This document shows positions 13,490 through 28,563 of a stretch of 64,000 nucleotides of DNA, in pieces. Each line of letters begins with the position of its first letter. The stretch's first letter is position 1. Under the pieces are notes generated by a model, which worked only from the letters and a program-made list of their open reading frames with translations, ran no database searches and had not been told where the DNA came from. A program made the translations under genes and the position numbers. Origin of the DNA: Octopus sinensis (Eukaryota); assembly GCF_006345805.1 (NCBI RefSeq), contig NC_043002.1, positions 32,922,001-32,986,000 on the forward strand, given 5' to 3'.

Positions 13490-13980
13490 CATGGTGGTGG
13501 TGGTGGTGATTGTGGTGGTGGTGGTGGTAGTGATGGTGATGGTGGTGGTGATTGTGGTGGTGGTGGTGGTGGTAGTATGGTGGTGGTGCCGGTGGTGGTG
13601 GTGGTACCGGTGGTGGTGGTGGTACCGGTGGTGGTGGTGGTACCGGTGGTGGTGGTGGTACCGGTAGTGTTGGGTGGTGGTGGTGGTGGTGGTGGTGGTA
13701 GTATGGTGGTGGTGGTGGTGCCGGTGTGGTGGTGGTGGTGGTGGTGGTGGTGGTGGTGGTGGTGGGTGAGTTGGTTAGTGATGGGGAAGTTGATAGTGAT
13801 GTTCATGGTTATAGTGATGATAGTGGGGTAACAGGAATGATGATGGTGGGAGAGAGAATATTGCTTTTGTCTTGCCCATAGTAGTGATGGTGACGCGTGT
13901 AACTGTGACGATGATGGTGTTGGCGGTGGTGCGGTGGTGGTGGTGGTGGTGGTGGTAGTAGTGGTAGTGGTAGTGGTAGT
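13490..13980. repeat. (GGT)n-rich tract with 18-bp GGTGGTGGTGGTGGTACC units
   Basis: Direct inspection. Confidence 0.9.
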
Positions 13981-14507
13981 GATGCTTATGTCGATGATAA
14001 TGATGGTGTTTATGTAATTTTTCGGTTTTTTTTTGTTTTGTTTCTTTGGGTAGTAGTCGTGGTAGGAGTGGTTTTACAATGATAGTATGCTAATATTATT
14101 GTATTTGATTGCAGTATTGATGGCGGCGGTGGTGGTGGTGGTATTGTGGAGGTGCAGGTGGGGGTGGGGTGGTTGTGGTGGTATAGAGGGTGTGATGAAG
14201 AGGGTGTTTAAATGGGAATCATTCGGATCTCTAAAACAACATAGGAAGACAATGAGAGCGAAGATTGAAAGTAATTGACCGTTTCAACTCTGCCGCTCGT
14301 CAATGGATCGAATTATATAGAAGACGATAAAGATACTGAGATTTATTATTATTATTGTTGTTGTTGTTTATTTTTGCTTTGTTTTTAGTTGTCCATCATT
14401 GCTTGGGACGAACAGCTTCATTTAACTTCGAGGTGCTTTTGCTTCTTGTTATTGCTATTGTGTTTTTTTTTTCTTTTCTTTTCTTTGTGCGCTATTTCAA
14501 TTTTCGG

Positions 14508-14542
14508 TCAGTCTATATTCATCTGAAAATATTCAGAGACGT
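14508..14542 (+). promoter_or_regulatory. Candidate Inr + DPE core promoter
   Basis: TCAGTC at 14508-14513 (A+1=14510) and AGACGT at 14537-14542, exactly +28 to +33; lies in non-repetitive sequence. Confidence 0.45.
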
Positions 14543-14737
14543 TCTTCGTGTGAGGAGACAAACACCTAATGATTTTGATACCTTCCAACGCGACATCGTG
14601 AAGCGGAGACCATAGAATGATCTTAAGAATTATAGAACTGTAGAACGCTAGAAATTTTCAAAAAGTTTCTGTCGAACTTAAAATCTTATATTGAAGATCC
14701 AATTAATCATCTATATTGAAAATCTTGCAAATTACAG
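14510..14737 (+). other. Candidate non-coding first exon of the homeobox gene
   Basis: Starts at the Inr, ends at consensus donor CAG|GTATGT; the coding exon at 28140 has an acceptor that needs an upstream donor; TGA at 14717 is in frame with the downstream ATG, so the exon would be 5'UTR. Confidence 0.4.
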
Positions 14738-15770
14738 GTATGTACTTTTGATTTTAATATGGTTTAAAGTGTTGTAATTATATTGATTGATTAGCAGGTA
14801 ATTACTTTTGTTAACTGCAGACTAGTTAGTCGAAATATTCGATTGTTAATTTGATTTGAATGCGTGCAGGGTTTCGATAGTATCTTGTATTTAACAAGAA
14901 CATCAATATAATTCATTCAAATATTCTTTTTAAGGTAATTTAATTTTCTAAGAACACATTGAATAGTAATTTGTGAGTGAAATATATCAATTGGCTTAAT
15001 TTTATTGTAAAATAATTAGTTATTTAATGAATTTGGAAAAAGTCTTTCTTTAAAAATCAATGACAAATTACAGCTTTATATCTGTATTTTTAAATTCATC
15101 TTTAGTTTTCTAGGAAATTGTTGCATATGGAATTAGCTTTATATTGCACTACGACTCTCATTTGCTTGTAATTACTTGTCTGTTTTGGAGGCGTTTTTTT
15201 TTTATCACTATCATTTCTCATCCGTTAAACTTTTGCCTATACGAAACATTTTCATAAGCTTAGTTTTGGCTAACCTTTGCGTTATACTTTCTAAATAATA
15301 CAAAGCGTTCTTTTAATGTCAAGTTATTCTAGTGGTTGGAAAAGATATTAAATAGCGGCCAGGAAACGTATGATACTCTGGGCGGGCAAAGAGTTAACGA
15401 TAATCTATTTATTTTTAAATTGTTCTATAACCCTCTCTGATCACATATCTATTGTCGGTTAGATTAACAGTTTTATATGAGAATATATTTGAGTAGATAT
15501 AACTAAAACTAACGCGTTCTTCTTTTTCTGACATTACGTGATAGGCTAAAGACTCTAAATACTTCACAGAGCGCCTAGATATAAGTATGTAGCCAAAATT
15601 TTCAAAGACCAGCCATCTTTCATAGTGTATTGTCTCAGTAAAGCAGCTTCAAGAAACTCAATGACAGAATAAACATTCACACATCAAGACATCAAAATTC
15701 CAAGTAAACACTACACAAAAATTATTGCAGAACATGTGTTGCGATGTTGATTTGTCAAACTCACAAAACT

Positions 15771-16310
<540 letters not shown>

Positions 16311-17173
16311 ATATATGTATGTGTATGTGTGTATGCATATACGTATATATATATATGAGACCTTAAATTTTAAATGGCGGTGCCCCAGCATGGCCACAGC
16401 TCAAGAGCTGAAACTGGAAAACATAATATATATATATATATATATGTATATGCATTCACACATACATATATATACGTCAACATGTTTATGTCATACACAC
16501 TGCAGAGTGTTGTTAACTGTCATCTCTATTCTGTAAATTCAATACTTGCTTTTGTTCTTCAAATTTTCCAGTACATAAATGTTTAATTCAATTGAAAACT
16601 AAAAGTAACAGTTATACTTAAATCTCTCAGGACTTTCTAGTCTAACCAATTCGCAACTTGTAATTCAGTAAAAAAAAAATCCTTATTAAGATTAAGTTGA
16701 TATAGACGAAACGTTAAGTTTCGGCAATGATTTTGTTTTCGTTCAATTAAGTATTATTTCCCTTTATTTCTGCCACTAACAATTTTGAAAGATGTATGAA
16801 CCCCTGTGCGACACCTTGGGCAAGTGTCTTCCACTATAATGTTTTGCTAACCAATGCTTTATGAGTGAATTTGGCTGACGGAAATTGTGTCGATAGCTGA
16901 TGAGAGAAGAGCATTTCCACGTCCTTTGTGTATTTCTGTTTTCGTTATGTTCCTTCGACGTCTTTCCGAGCAACGTCTTACATATGTGTGTGCGTAAGTA
17001 AATAAGTGTGTACGTGTCTGTGTGAAAGTGCGTATGTGTATGAGGAGGGGTGTCTTTGTGGAAGTATTTGTCTCTCACTTCGGTGTTGGTTTATCCGTGT
17101 AACTAAGCGGTCCTGCAAAAACAAAAACCGATAAAATAAGAACCAAAGAATAAGGCGGGGAATTGGCAGATTC

Positions 17174-17570
17174 GTTAGCACGCTGGGCGAAATGCCTTGC
17201 GGTATTTCGTCTGCCGCTACGTTCTGAGTTCAAATTCCGCCGAGGTCGGCTTTGCCTTTCATCTTTTCAGGGTCGATAAATTAAGTACCAGTTACGCAGT
17301 GGGATCGATATAATCGACTTAATACGTTTGTCTGTCCTTGTGTGTGTCCCCCGTGTTTAGCCCCGTGTGGGTAGTAAAGAAATAGGTATTTCGTCTACCG
17401 CTACGTTCTGAGTTCAAATTTCGCCGATGTCGACTTTGCCTTTCATCCTTTCGGGGTCGATTAAATAAGTACCAGTTATGCACTGGCGTCGATATAATCG
17501 ACTTAATCCGTTTGTCAGTCTTTTTTGTCCCCTCTGTGTATGGCCCCTTGTGGGCAGTAAAGAAATAAGA
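17174..17570 (+). mobile_element. SINE family A, internally dimeric form with LINE-like 3' tail
   Basis: Head plus two tandem bodies joined at GTAGTAAAGAAATAGGTATTTCGTCT; same junction in the minus copy at 46145-46560. Confidence 0.85.
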
Positions 17571-18852
17571 ATAAGAACCAAACTTCAAAAAATAAGTACT
17601 GGGGATGATCTACTCCAGCATGTCTGCAGTCCATTGACTGAAACAAGAGCAACATAAGATATGAAGCAATACCCTGCCACAATCAGCTTTTGCGGTTTTG
17701 TTTTCAATCAAGTAACACCATTTGAAGGGTTTGTTTCGAATCAGATAACACCATATAATGGTAAATTATTCCGAAACTGTAACAACTGGAACTACTTTAC
17801 ACCGTCTGTCCATATGGCCTCTGAAGTTTCATATAAGATTGGGGACACATACCAAAATAGTAAATTGGGAATGCACAATAGTGTTTTAAGGGTCCTTATG
17901 TTAAAATTAGTAGAAAAGTCCTCCTCAAATCGCATACTACTGTCTTTAAAATACATATTAAGTCAGTAGTTCTTAACATATACTTTAAAAAGAGGTGATG
18001 GTCGTGGTTAAAATGTGGATCTACAATCCACGGTTGTAAAATTATCACATCCTACTGTTTCTTCCACAGAATTAATAGGTTGTAGTTACTCTATAACTTT
18101 ATTCCAGACCTACTTTTAAATTCAGTTTGTTTCTCTTGTATTTGTGCATGTAAAAGGCAGTAGAACAGAGAAGTGCCAACTGTCTAAACACACCAAGGAA
18201 TAGAATACTAAAGAAAAAAGAGAGCATATTGGTGTTTTCACGCCGGGCGTACGTTCTGAGTTCAAATTCCGCCGCGGTCGACTTTGCCTTTCATCCTTTC
18301 GGGGTCGATAAATTAAGTACCAGTTGCGTACTGGGATCTATCTAATTGACTGCACCCCCCCGCTCAAAAAATTTCAGGCTTTGTGCCTAGAGTAGAAAAG
18401 AATATAAGAATAAAACAGCAAAATTTAGATACGAGTACGTATGATTTTTTTCACTCCTTGTACGTAACTGCAATTTATTTTAGATTAATCAAATGTATTT
18501 TATATTTTGGTTACTTAATATTATGTATTATATTTGGGCAGTGGGTTTACAATCTAATTTCAAAAAATCTTCAACATAATCTTTAATCCATCCTCCAAAA
18601 TATTGTTGCAGTTAGAATATCTTTACAAAATAATATTTATTAAGATTTATTTGAGTTCAATTCTCGTCGAGGTTAACTCTGTCTTTCATCCTTCGACTAT
18701 GTATCTTATTTGTGATATTTAGATAACACTTCTTAAATTAAATAACGGAAAGGGTAATATATAATGTAAGTATATAGTTAGTTCATTTATAACAAGCGCG
18801 GACATAAATCATAAATATTCTATTTATTCATGTGTGCATGTATCTGTGTGTG

Positions 18853-18907
<55 letters not shown>

Positions 18908-19350
18908 TCCTTTTTTTTTCTACAACGCTCTTCCATCTATCTATTAGACTTGCAAGGTACCGCTTCCAAAATTCACTTCGTTACGAAAAATACTTCTCCA
19001 GTACTGTTCTGGCCTCGTCTATAGAATTCATATTTTTTCCGTCCAAATGATTTTGAAGACTGCGGAATAAATAATAATCAGATGGGGCAATGTCCGGCGA
19101 ATATGCTGCATATATGCTCCTATGCCACTTCCATTATAGCTTTGAAAAAATTACTGTTAAAATCGAACTGCACTCTTTAAAACTTGCACTAAGAATGAGT
19201 ACAAAGTAAAATTACTACCTGCTTTTATAGCAAGTTGATGCATGTAGTTTATCCCGTCCCCTCAAACTTTTTGTTGATGCAATTGAAAAAACCGTATTAT
19301 TTATGCAGTTTATATATATGTGTGTGTGTGTGTGTGGTGTGTGTGTGTGT

Positions 19351-21112
<1,762 letters not shown>

Positions 21113-21119
21113 ATATATG

Positions 21120-21150
<31 letters not shown>

Positions 21151-21608
21151 ACAAGTACCTATGTATATATACTTACATATATACGGGATCTTTCCTGTTT
21201 AGCTTTCGCTTCAATTCCTTCAATTTTGATCCATTTGATTTCAAACTTGGTGTATTGATGTAGTTTGGTATGCTAATTATGGAAATGAAACTCATTTTGC
21301 CTTAAATAAATTAATACGTTTTATTAAAGCTTACAAATTTCGTGTAATTTTAGCCAATCGAAAGCCACTGACATAAAGGTGCCTATTTCCACTGTAGCAA
21401 GCCAGGCTGTAGTGTAGTCTGCTTAGCCTTTCGTATATGATAGAAATAATGAAAACCGAGGAGGATGCGGTTGATCGGGCAGACCTATGTTCAACCGCTG
21501 AATGCCCCACAGTTTTAAAGTTATCTAGGACTACCATAAGGTTATGTATCCTTCCTCATTTTATAATCTTAGGGTGTTCTTGGGGACGCGATTGGGCTGC
21601 CATTTCTA

Positions 21609-21650
<42 letters not shown>

Positions 21651-22855
21651 AAAAACCATTGCTAAAATCGACCGACAAAATGCCATGTAGTGTTTGCTCT
21701 GGTTCTTTATGTACTAATTCTAATGCCATCGAAATCAACTTTGCCTCTCGCCCTGTCGTCTTGTCGGATTCGATAAAAAATAAGTAATATTCAAGTGCTT
21801 CAGTTGTATAAGCCACTAGAATCCTTTTCTCAAAATTTACTGACACTGAGAATAAATTAGAAATAATTATTTTTCCTTTTAATTCGTCCATCATCAAACT
21901 TTAAACATCCGAGTATGAGAATTTCTTCGTTGAACGGAATTCTTTTTTTACACATGCTATTGAACCGCTCATAACTTTTTTATTGTTTGGAATTTTTAGA
22001 AAACTTATGCACATTTGTATTCTACACACGGGAATTTACGGCTATGAAAAGATTTTTTTAGTTTTTTACAGTTTTTCGAAAATTTTCTTTTTAAATTTTT
22101 TGGTAAATTTTTCGAATTTTTCTTTTTCTAATTAATTTTTAAAATACGGACAGTCCGAATTTTTGGTTTAAATCCCAGCAATAGACCATAAAATGTGTTT
22201 AGGGGGAAAAAGATTTGAAAACCATCAATACGTCACACTGAGAAACAAACGAGGAGGGTATCAGCTAAATAGCCACATGTTATACCACAGGCATGCATTA
22301 CTACATTCATACCAAAGCACGTTTATAACATGTCACAGTCGCCGTATTCCATCCAACTATCTGTTTTGTCTCCCTATTTTCTTCACATTAGTGGAATCTA
22401 TTTTACCATTTCAGGAATTATCTTTTAACACTTATTCGTCTTCCAAGCAAGCGATTTTCTTTTGAGATTATCTTAATGATTCTATCCAACATCAAAGCAG
22501 AACCGAACTTTTACGTGGTCGTTTAACATGCTAAAAATTACAACCGAATCATCCATCTCCCAAATTACCCGCTTTATTATTATTTTTTTTTTTTAACAAA
22601 TATATGACAATTTGATAATGTGATTGTAGACACTGTACCTGAAATTAAAAGAGATGGTCAGGGTTAGAATGCTTTTCTGCTCATACTGGGTTATGTAATA
22701 ACACTAGTTGTTGATTCCCATTTTTGGTCAAGACAGTTTCATTAAACAAAGTATTTTTTATGACAACTTTCACTGTCTACCATTTCACCAAAATTATCTT
22801 AATCACTTTTCTTTCATGAATCAAATGACATTTTAATAAGTAGAAGGTTGTGTCA

Positions 22856-22941
22856 ACTTGCATAGCTCAGTCGATAGAGCATCAAACTTTTACGAATTAG
22901 TTGATTGAGCGTATCTAATGGTTCAAGTCTCTTTAAAGGCG
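22856..22941 (+). pseudogene. tRNA-Lys(UUU)-like pseudogene
   Basis: TAGCTCAGTCGATAGAGCATCAAACTTTTA (TTT anticodon 22889-22891) ... GGTTCAAGTC...GGCG then T-run; stems mismatched; extra ~10 nt after position 37. Confidence 0.7.
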
Positions 22942-25900
22942 ACTATTTTTATTTTTCCTTGCAGTATTTGTTCTGTTTCTTTACATTGTATTTTCAAATG
23001 TCGGAAAACAGAAATTTGCTTTTCATCCTTCCGGTATCGATGAAATAAAGTACCTAGGACCGATATAATCATCTTTTCCTCCCCTCCAAATTTCTGGCTT
23101 TGTGTTAATGTAAAAGATTATTTCTAGTATACCTAATTCTTAGCTTTCCAGCTTCTCTATCCAACCAGAAATTGCTTACTTTAGATAGGTAAGACCTACA
23201 ACCTAAACTCTAAAGCTGGCGGACCCATTAGCACACCGGACGTAATGCTTAGCAGCATTCCGTCCGTCTTTACATTCTAAGTTCAAATTCCACCGAGTTT
23301 GACTCTGCCTTCCATCCTTTCGGGATCGATTCAATAAGTAGTAGTCAAACACCAGGATTGATATAATCGACTAGTTTCCCACCACCAAATTTCAGGCTTT
23401 GTGCCTATAAATATGATATTATCGACTACATATTTCACTAATATTAGAGGTTTTGTGAAATTGTTAGAAAACATCATTTTGGTTATGTATCAGATATGGT
23501 AAAGCGCCGGATTAACAACATTGTAGTAATCAGTTACGTCCCTTCACCTTCTGATTTCATATTCCACAGTGATTAGGCTTCCAGTTCACTTTATTAAAGT
23601 AAAATAAAAATAGTATTAGTAATATTACTTTCGTATTGAAATCTACTAAATCATCTGTGATTGATAAAATAATGTTACAGCTCTGGAACGGATACAATCG
23701 ATCATGTCCTCCACTACTACTACTACCACCACTATCGCCCAAAATGGGTGCAATTTTACCACAGTTAGAAACTATTATTTTGGTGATAATAAGTAGTTAA
23801 AAAGAATTGATGAATCGAAGGAATCGTTCGAGCGTCGGATAGAATCTCTTGTGTTGTTCGTCCCAGTCTAAGATTAAAATCTGCCGAGGTCAACTTAGCT
23901 GTTGATCTTTCCCAGAGTCGACAAGTTAAATGCCAGCACAAAGTAGTGGATTGGCGGCATTATTAACGAGTTGAGCAAGATTCCTTGCGGTTATTGTTCC
24001 GGCTTTATGTTCAAATTCTGCCAAGGAGTTAATCAACCAGGAACTCGGTTTAACCAGCAATTAACTACTATGGATAGGCTAGAATTATAACCGGCATACA
24101 TAAGCTGTAACGATGATTTGGGGGTTTTATCATCAGTGGATAAACTTTAGCTGTTAACAAAGTAAAGTCGCGTCCCTCTATGGTCAGAATTCAAATATTA
24201 TTGGGATCCGCTTTTCTTTTCATCCGTCCAGGGTCAATACAATAAAGTACCAATTAAGTACTGGGATCGATTCCATCAATTACATTCTCCTGCAAAATCT
24301 GTAACCTTGAATCATTGTTAGAAATCTTTATTGTTATGAGTTCGATTATTTTATCACATAAGGTATAAGGTTTTCAGGTTCTTCTATACTGGTGACATCA
24401 GTAGAGCAGATGTTAAGTTCACAGGCCAGCCGAAGAAGATCGGGCAGTAGCTACAACACTTTCAGCTATACTGGTTGGGTCAATACGATTGATGTTTATT
24501 TCTAAAGTCGAAAGATTGACGGAAAATGAAGGCGACGGGATAGCCAGGGAATTGTCATTGCTGAGGAGAAAGGATTGGAAGAAAGTGTTTAGTGCGAAAC
24601 ACAGCAGAGATGATAGTAGTAGTAGTAGTAGTAGTAGTATTAAAAGTGGTGGTTGTGGTGGTGGTGGTGGTAGTAGTAGTAATAGCAGCAGCAGCAGTAG
24701 TAGTAGTAGTAGTAGTAGCAGCAGCAGTAGTAGTAGTAGTAGTAGTAGCAGCAGCAGCAGCCAAAAGAAACCGGTGTTGCTGTGTTTACGCCTCTGTAAC
24801 TTAGCGGTTCGGCAATAGGTGACCGATTGAATAAATGCCAGGCTTAACAAGAATGATGGGGTCGGTTCATTCGGCTAAAATTTCTTCAAAGCGGTGCCCT
24901 AGCATGGCCGCAGTCTAATGACCGAAACATGTAAAAGAAAAATTGTCGTTTAGTTCTCGTTCGATAGAGTCGAAAATTTAAAATATTTCTACTGTTCCAC
25001 AGTTTGGCCGAATGCACTGACGTTTGTAAAGCGGAAACGATGTGACATAGTGTACGACTTTTATTTATAAGTGCAGTCCTCCCAACGAGCTTCGACGCGC
25101 TTTCTATCCATCTAGATTCACTTACAATATTTGAGTTGACCCAAGGCAATTGCAAAAGGTGAGATGTCATATCATGAGATTGAAACCTGGAACTCGGCTA
25201 CGACGTGTCATACAATATATAAACGTATATACCTTATATCTATATATATATACGCACACATATGTATGCTTATATTTATTTGTGTGTGTGTGTGGTGTGT
25301 GTGTGTGTGTGTGTGTGTCGTGAGTGCGCGCGTGCATGTGTTTGTGTATATATGTATGAATGCATACATCTATGGTGCTTATTTTTGCGTTTTCGTGTCA
25401 TCCACGACCGCGCTTGGCAACCGATGTTGGCAAAGTAAAAGGGACGCACGGTATAATTACCTGGATTAAAAAATAAGTACTAGGATCGTTTCCTTGGACT
25501 AAAGCCTCCAAGACGGTATCCATATGTGCGTGTGTGTGTGTGTGTGTATGTGTGTGGACATCAGACATTGTGCACATAATGGAGGACCAGTATAACATAG
25601 TCCGAAACCACAGAGATTACCCTAACCCTACCTGTGCGCATATCTTTTCAAGTACCTGATTCTACTTGAATCCTCTTTTTAGTACTTTTTGTGGTTTATA
25701 ATTTAACACACTCAGCGGTAAAATTTCTTATTCCTTATTTTCATTTTCCTAAAATTTTCGTTGTGTCTTGCACCCTTTTCAGTAGTCTTGACTCTCTTTA
25801 GGAAAATAAAAATAAGGAATAAGTGGAAATTTAACCAGTGAGTGTGTTAAATTATAAGGCACAAAAAAAAATGACTCCCCAGACACAACAGAATATGCTT

Positions 25901-26528
25901 CTACACACGAACTCACGTGAAGAATCTTGCAAACCAAATCCCAAAACGATATATATATATATATATAATAGGATAACAAATAGAAAGTCCTTGGTACAGT
26001 ACTATTTTTTTTATGAATAAAAATGGTTTTTCTCATAATTTTTCCACTTTGATAATTATATATTTATGAACATCTAATTATTAAAGTAGAAATTTATGAG
26101 AAAACCCATTTTTATTCATTAGATATTTATAAACGTCTAATTATTAAAGTGTAAAAATTAACAGAAAGCCTATTTTTATTCATTTTTTTTCAAATACATG
26201 TATATACGCATTGAGTCGAAACAGGGGCAGCTGAAGAAGGGGAATGTTCCTTGTGTTGTTTGTCTTGTACTCTGTGTTTTTGTTGTTAAAAAAAGTCCGT
26301 TTCCTTGTTTGGTTTTATGTTTTCGTTTCTCGTTGTGTTCTACGTTTATTTGTGGTGTCGTGTACTCATATATGCATGTATATATACATATAGATGTAGG
26401 TATGTACATATATGTATGTATGTATGCATATGTTTTATTTATTAAATTGTTATTATATATATACATACGCAAACATACACACAGGTATATATGTATACAT
26501 ATGTATACTTACATATATTCATACATAT

Positions 26529-26809
26529 TCGAAGATTACAGATCCAATCCATCACTGGAACTGTAAAAATCTCTAAAACTTTCCGGAAGTTTATCAGTTA
26601 AATATATATGAGCATGTCTAGATATGCAACTATATGTATGCGAGTACATACATAAAGCAAAACATACAAATCTGCACATATAATACATACAAACAAAAAT
26701 ACCCTGTTATTGATGTTGAAATTCCAATGAAGTAGCCTTGAATCTAGGTTAGAAACCGGCTCTTTCTCTTTTGGGAAGAAATCTTGAAATAAGACTAAAC
26801 AATGACATG

Positions 26810-26810
<1 letters not shown>
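26529..26810 (+). mobile_element. 3' end of the RLE-type LINE family seen at 5260-6135
   Basis: TTCGAAGA.T.CAGATCCAATCCATCACTGGAACT.TAAAAATCT shared with 5965-6010. Confidence 0.8.
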
Positions 26811-26844
<34 letters not shown>

Positions 26845-26947
26845 ATGTATGTATGTGTGTGTGTGTGTGTGCGCGCGTTGTGTGTGTGAATATATATGTA
26901 TTATATATATATATGTATGTATATGTGTATATATATATATATATGTG

Positions 26948-26979
<32 letters not shown>

Positions 26980-27019
26980 TCCATACACAAATGCATATAT
27001 ATATATGTGTATATATATA

Positions 27020-27050
<31 letters not shown>

Positions 27051-27071
27051 CCATACACAAATGCATACTAT

Positions 27072-27105
<34 letters not shown>

Positions 27106-27134
27106 TGCATTTGTGTATGGATATATATATATAT

Positions 27135-27480
27135 AATACAAAATGGGACAAGAACGCAAAAAATTCGGACAACACAACTAGGTGATACAAAAAGGGACAA
27201 CAAAACATCCAGATAGACGATACAAAAAAACAAGGACGTGTCATTCGAAGCTTTCTATCCTCAGTCGAGAACCGTATGATCCTCGCAATTTCGGCTGATT
27301 AATTTTGAGATTGCTCCAATCTGGCCAGCCCCAAGGAAAAACTAAGCTAAGAGCATTAGATTCCTTGGAAGAAAGCATCGAATGTATACGAAAACAAGGA
27401 CGGAAAAACAGACGATGTTACACAAATATAAATACAAAATACAATAAAAATAATAACAGGACATAACAACAGGTGTCATT
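27135..27480. repeat. Interspersed repeat (possibly Penelope-like terminus); second copy 35865-36150
   Basis: AAATGGGACAAGAACGCAAAA...CTAGGTGATACAAAAAG.GACAACAAAACATCCAGATA shared by both copies; both abut (TA)n. Confidence 0.7.
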
Positions 27481-28148
27481 ATATATAATATATATCTATA
27501 TATATATATATTATATATAATATATAATATACATATATAATATACACCGCATGCATATATGTATATGCATATATATATATATGTACGGACTGTGTATGTG
27601 TGTCAGTGTGCCTTTAGGATATGAGAGCAAGCAATACCAGATTGTTAATGTTCCTTGTAGTACATTTCGCATGCGCCCGCAATCTGTTTTGTAATCTCAA
27701 GCAATAGCTGTATACTACAGTCGTTCGGTTTTCTTCATGCTTTTACATATCTTACCACACTTTCCTGCGTGTAAGCAACCGAACTTAGTTTTGAAATGTT
27801 GATGCATTAGAGAAATAGGAGTGATTTGGGGATATGAGTTTTTTTCTCAAGTAAAAGTCCTGTAGATGAAGAGAGAGAATTTCCCCGCAGGAGTCTCTAA
27901 TCTTTTCTCCATACCACTGCCATCTTCACACCTAAACGTTTTACATACGGTGAGAGAAGGATATCTAATATCAGGTGCCCCGAATGAGTATATATTGCAA
28001 CACGAACTAGACTATCCACCTGATGTCTGATCTACTGATTTTACTGTGTATGTACATGTGTGCGTCTATATGTCTATGTGTCTATACATACAAGTGTATA
28101 ATGATTGACATTCGATTGTTTTTTTTTTCTTAAACTCAGGCGAGAACT

Positions 28149-28563
28149 ATGTACGACGACAATAATCTAAAGAACCCAGAACTTTGTGAAGAAACGAAAT
28201 GCTCGCAACAACAGAACGGTAAAGTAGGACAGCAACAGATACAACACACAATACGTGTTCTTTCTATTGAGGATATTCTTCGAGATGAAAAACGATTTAC
28301 TCCTTCACCAGATAAAACTCTTTGCACAAACTCGAAAGGTCTTTGTTCTAGTTCTTTTCCACATGAAGCTTCAAATGTTTTAAGTTCGAGCCTTCCCGAC
28401 GTATCTCCATTCGGTGCAGAATTTCCACCAAGGCACACAATGAAATCAATCTATGGTCCCTGTCTACCAGCCTGGTCCGTGCCTCAGATGGCACCCACTA
28501 ATACCGCTGCCAATTGGGTCTACCCAGCACTACTTCAGAGACAATTACTCTTCGACTTCAGTG
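28149..28563 (+). CDS. Nedx: Nedx/lms-type homeobox gene, first coding exon (exon begins 28140)
   Basis: Polypyrimidine acceptor TTTTCTTAAACTCAG at 28139, ATG 28149, complex non-repeat ORF with eh1-like VLSIEDILR, donor G|GTAAGA at 28563 (phase 1) that joins in frame to 39946. Confidence 0.82.

Noticed and set aside
13417-13831. Poly-Pro/His/Thr (extensin-like) and poly-Gly/Val ORFs
   Set aside because: Products of the (GGT)n tract; no splice or domain support
24419-24850. Poly-Ser/poly-Leu ORFs
   Set aside because: (AGT)/(AGC) microsatellite running into a SINE B 3' half
26215-26270. CGAAAC...CTGAAGA (and CTGATGA at ~16898) hammerhead-like boxes
   Set aside because: Boxes cannot be joined by stems I-III in any topology
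26718-26766. Hairpin followed by GAAACCGG in a LINE 3' region
   Set aside because: First core box reads CCAATGA, not CUGANGA; treated as a simple stem-loop
27232-27270. Minus-strand CTGAGGA...CGAA motif (also ~35960-35995)
   Set aside because: No convincing stem II or GAAA box in either copy
27985-28000. TATATATT as an alternative TATA promoter for the homeobox gene
   Set aside because: Common in this AT-rich DNA, and the strong acceptor at 28139 suggests an upstream exon; not excluded
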